A DNA stretch of 54,533 bases from the IMG/VR virus record IMGVR_UViG_3300044648_000041, positions 1 to 54,533 of that record. The stretch is one strand, 5' to 3'. Position 1 is the first letter of the stretch. Each line of letters opens with the position of its first letter. The stretch is from a virus. Taxonomy: Duplodnaviria > Caudoviricetes. The notes under the pieces are model-generated. The model was not told the DNA's origin, ran no database searches, and saw only the letters and a program-made list of their open reading frames with translations. The translations under genes were made by a program, and so were the position numbers. Shown in pieces: positions 53,100 through 54,533 of the stretch.

Positions 53100-54032
53100 T
53101 TAGCTGTACGCTTTTTCTAGGTACTTAAGAGATACATACATCAAGTCGTAAACTCCGTCATCTACTTCGTTCTTCACAACGATACCGCGTTTCTGTCCGT
53201 TGCCCTGGGGTCCTAAATACTGTTCGTCATGCGAATAACACGTGGCACAGAACAACGCCGTTTGTAATGTCTTCTTATGTATGGCTATGTCCATGTGTTG
53301 CACATGCCCCATGGTGGCGGAACGTTGCCGTTCACGGAGCAACACCGCGGCGGAACTTACCGGACGCCCCATGACTCCCGAGATAAAATAATGCGAATAG
53401 TCAATACCATCCCGGGTAATCACGTGTAAGAAAGGGTGGTAGTTCCACCCGTATTCTTTTATGCCCAGGTCGCTGATTTCAATCTTTCCCTGGTACTCCG
53501 GATTATTATCTGCTACCCGGGTAACGCGGTGTTCGTGGTTCCCTTCGCAGAAGTCCATTACCGGCTTGTAGTTTGGTACCGCTCGTACGGGGTTCAATAG
53601 CCGTTCCATCGCATCGCGCCCGGCTTTAACGTCCTTCACATACCGGCGTCCTTCGAAGGGCAACTTACCTTTATCGTAAATGGACAACGACGGCATATCC
53701 CAAAAATCCCCGATATTAATAATATTGTCGGGTTGCTTTTCGGCTATGTAATTACCTATCCATTCCCAGTGATCTGTATTCACCCCGTCCTTCACTTGCC
53801 CGTCGGGTATTACTATGTGCATTTTCCCGAGCCGTTGCCGGGTGTGTATGCGCGGGGCTTCCTTGCGAAAAGTCGGGCGAAGCCCGGCTATCTTTGCGTT
53901 CTTTACCCTGTTGTCCAGGGTGCTGCGATCTATGCCGCACCCTGCTTTCGCTGCTAGTGTTGTGCTTCCGAATTCTTCAACCAGGTTTAACGCTTGTACC
54001 AGTAGTTCATTCGACAAACGGGGAGTGGGCAT
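53100..54032 (-). CDS. Calcineurin-like metallophosphoesterase with N-terminal HTH
   Basis: IPDGQ, IGDFWD, GNHE, SHY, MGHVQ. Confidence 0.88.
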   Translation of the reverse strand: MPTPRLSNELLVQALNLVEEFGSTTLAAKAGCGIDRSTLDNRVKNAKIAGLRPTFRKEAPRIHTRQRLGKMHIVIPDGQVKDGVNTDHWEWIGNYIAEKQPDNIINIGDFWDMPSLSIYDKGKLPFEGRRYVKDVKAGRDAMERLLNPVRAVPNYKPVMDFCEGNHEHRVTRVADNNPEYQGKIEISDLGIKEYGWNYHPFLHVITRDGIDYSHYFISGVMGRPVSSAAVLLRERQRSATMGHVQHMDIAIHKKTLQTALFCATCYSHDEQYLGPQGNGQKRGIVVKNEVDDGVYDLMYVSLKYLEKAYS

Positions 54033-54033
54033 A

Positions 54034-54533
54034 TCAAACCCTTACCGTAAGTGCGTTGGTACCGCTGAGTATGTACAACCCCTGGACCGGTACACCCCCG
54101 CTTGCCGCCGCCGCGTTGCTGGCGAAGGTCGGGAAGCTGCGGGGCTTGCGGTAGTTAATCAGCGTTCCGTTCTGGTGATAGTCCACCGAGTCGCTGGCCT
54201 GAACGGTACCGCCGAGGGTAGACACGCCGCCCGGTGCCGCGTAGCCGCGAGCCTGTACATTGTTCTGCCCGCCCGAGTTGAAGAAGTTGAAAGGTGTACG
54301 CTTGTGGAAACCATGGAAGTAAGCCGCTTCCACTTGGTTGTTCCACGCCTGGTTCGCGTCCCCGAACTGCATGCCGTAAACTTCGTCGTTCGTGAACCCG
54401 TCCCCCAGTCCGCACGAGTAGCGGTTTCCAATGTGCTGATTGGATCCACCGTTGAACACCACCAGGGCGGTACCGTTGGCACCGAAGGGCGCATATATCA
54501 GGCTACCGCTTATACGGTCCCCGGCGCCGTTAT
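54034..54533 (-). CDS. Tailspike 2, 3' part
   Basis: In-frame continuation (VVFNGGSNQHIGNRYSCG...FASNAAAASGGVPVQGLY, a typical fibre C-terminal motif). Confidence 0.85.
   Translation of the reverse strand, partial: NGAGDRISGSLIYAPFGANGTALVVFNGGSNQHIGNRYSCGLGDGFTNDEVYGMQFGDANQAWNNQVEAAYFHGFHKRTPFNFFNSGGQNNVQARGYAAPGGVSTLGGTVQASDSVDYHQNGTLINYRKPRSFPTFASNAAAASGGVPVQGLYILSGTNALTVRV
54407..54533. repeat. 127-bp end overlap, right copy
   Basis: Identical to 1..127; lies inside a coding sequence, consistent with an assembler k-mer overlap. Confidence 0.97.

Larger units (their letters stand above)
1..54533. mobile_element. Complete temperate podovirus-like phage genome, circular assembly
   Basis: Full set of packaging, head, tail, lysis, replication and integration genes; no host housekeeping genes; ends overlap and one ORF reads through the junction; attP is intact (excised form). 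Confidence 0.95.

Noticed and set aside
54407-54533. Biological direct terminal repeat
   Set aside because: Exactly 127 bp and in the middle of a gene; matches an assembler k-mer overlap, so it shows circularity only

Overview
The window is an apparently complete, circularly assembled genome (54,406 bp unique, plus a 127-bp end overlap typical of k=127 assembly) of a temperate, short-tailed (podovirus-like) dsDNA phage. It combines BPP-1/T7-like virion genes with an APSE/BPP-1-like replication module. There are two transcription blocks. The leftward block runs from 35656 to 1 and wraps to 49909: Cro-like regulator, split C5-methyltransferase, primase-helicase, ori, terS, a ~7 kb accessory cassette with a GH-A hydrolase and a GDPD fibre, terL, portal, scaffold, capsid, tail tubes, ejection proteins, two beta-helix tailspikes, phosphoesterase, lysis genes and an AbrB-like gene. 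The rightward block runs from 35813 to ~49760: small early genes, Xis, NinX, integrase, attP with the 3' half of tRNA-Cys, Cas4-like nuclease, SSB, family A DNA polymerase, dNMP kinase, exonuclease, VRR-NUC, SNF2 helicase, TraR/DksA and a lipoprotein. Most notable observations: (1) a 2543-aa ejection protein whose GNAT and two ADP-ribosyltransferase-like cargo modules are each bounded by L-x-Q-[G/S] motifs around an HExxH peptidase, suggesting an injected, processed polyprotein; (2) a dispersed TATC-N3-TGATA operator over six promoters in a phage with no recognisable CI; (3) a stand-alone structured sRNA upstream of the tailspikes; (4) a two-frame overlapped C5-MTase. All calls come from manual motif reading; no database searches were run.
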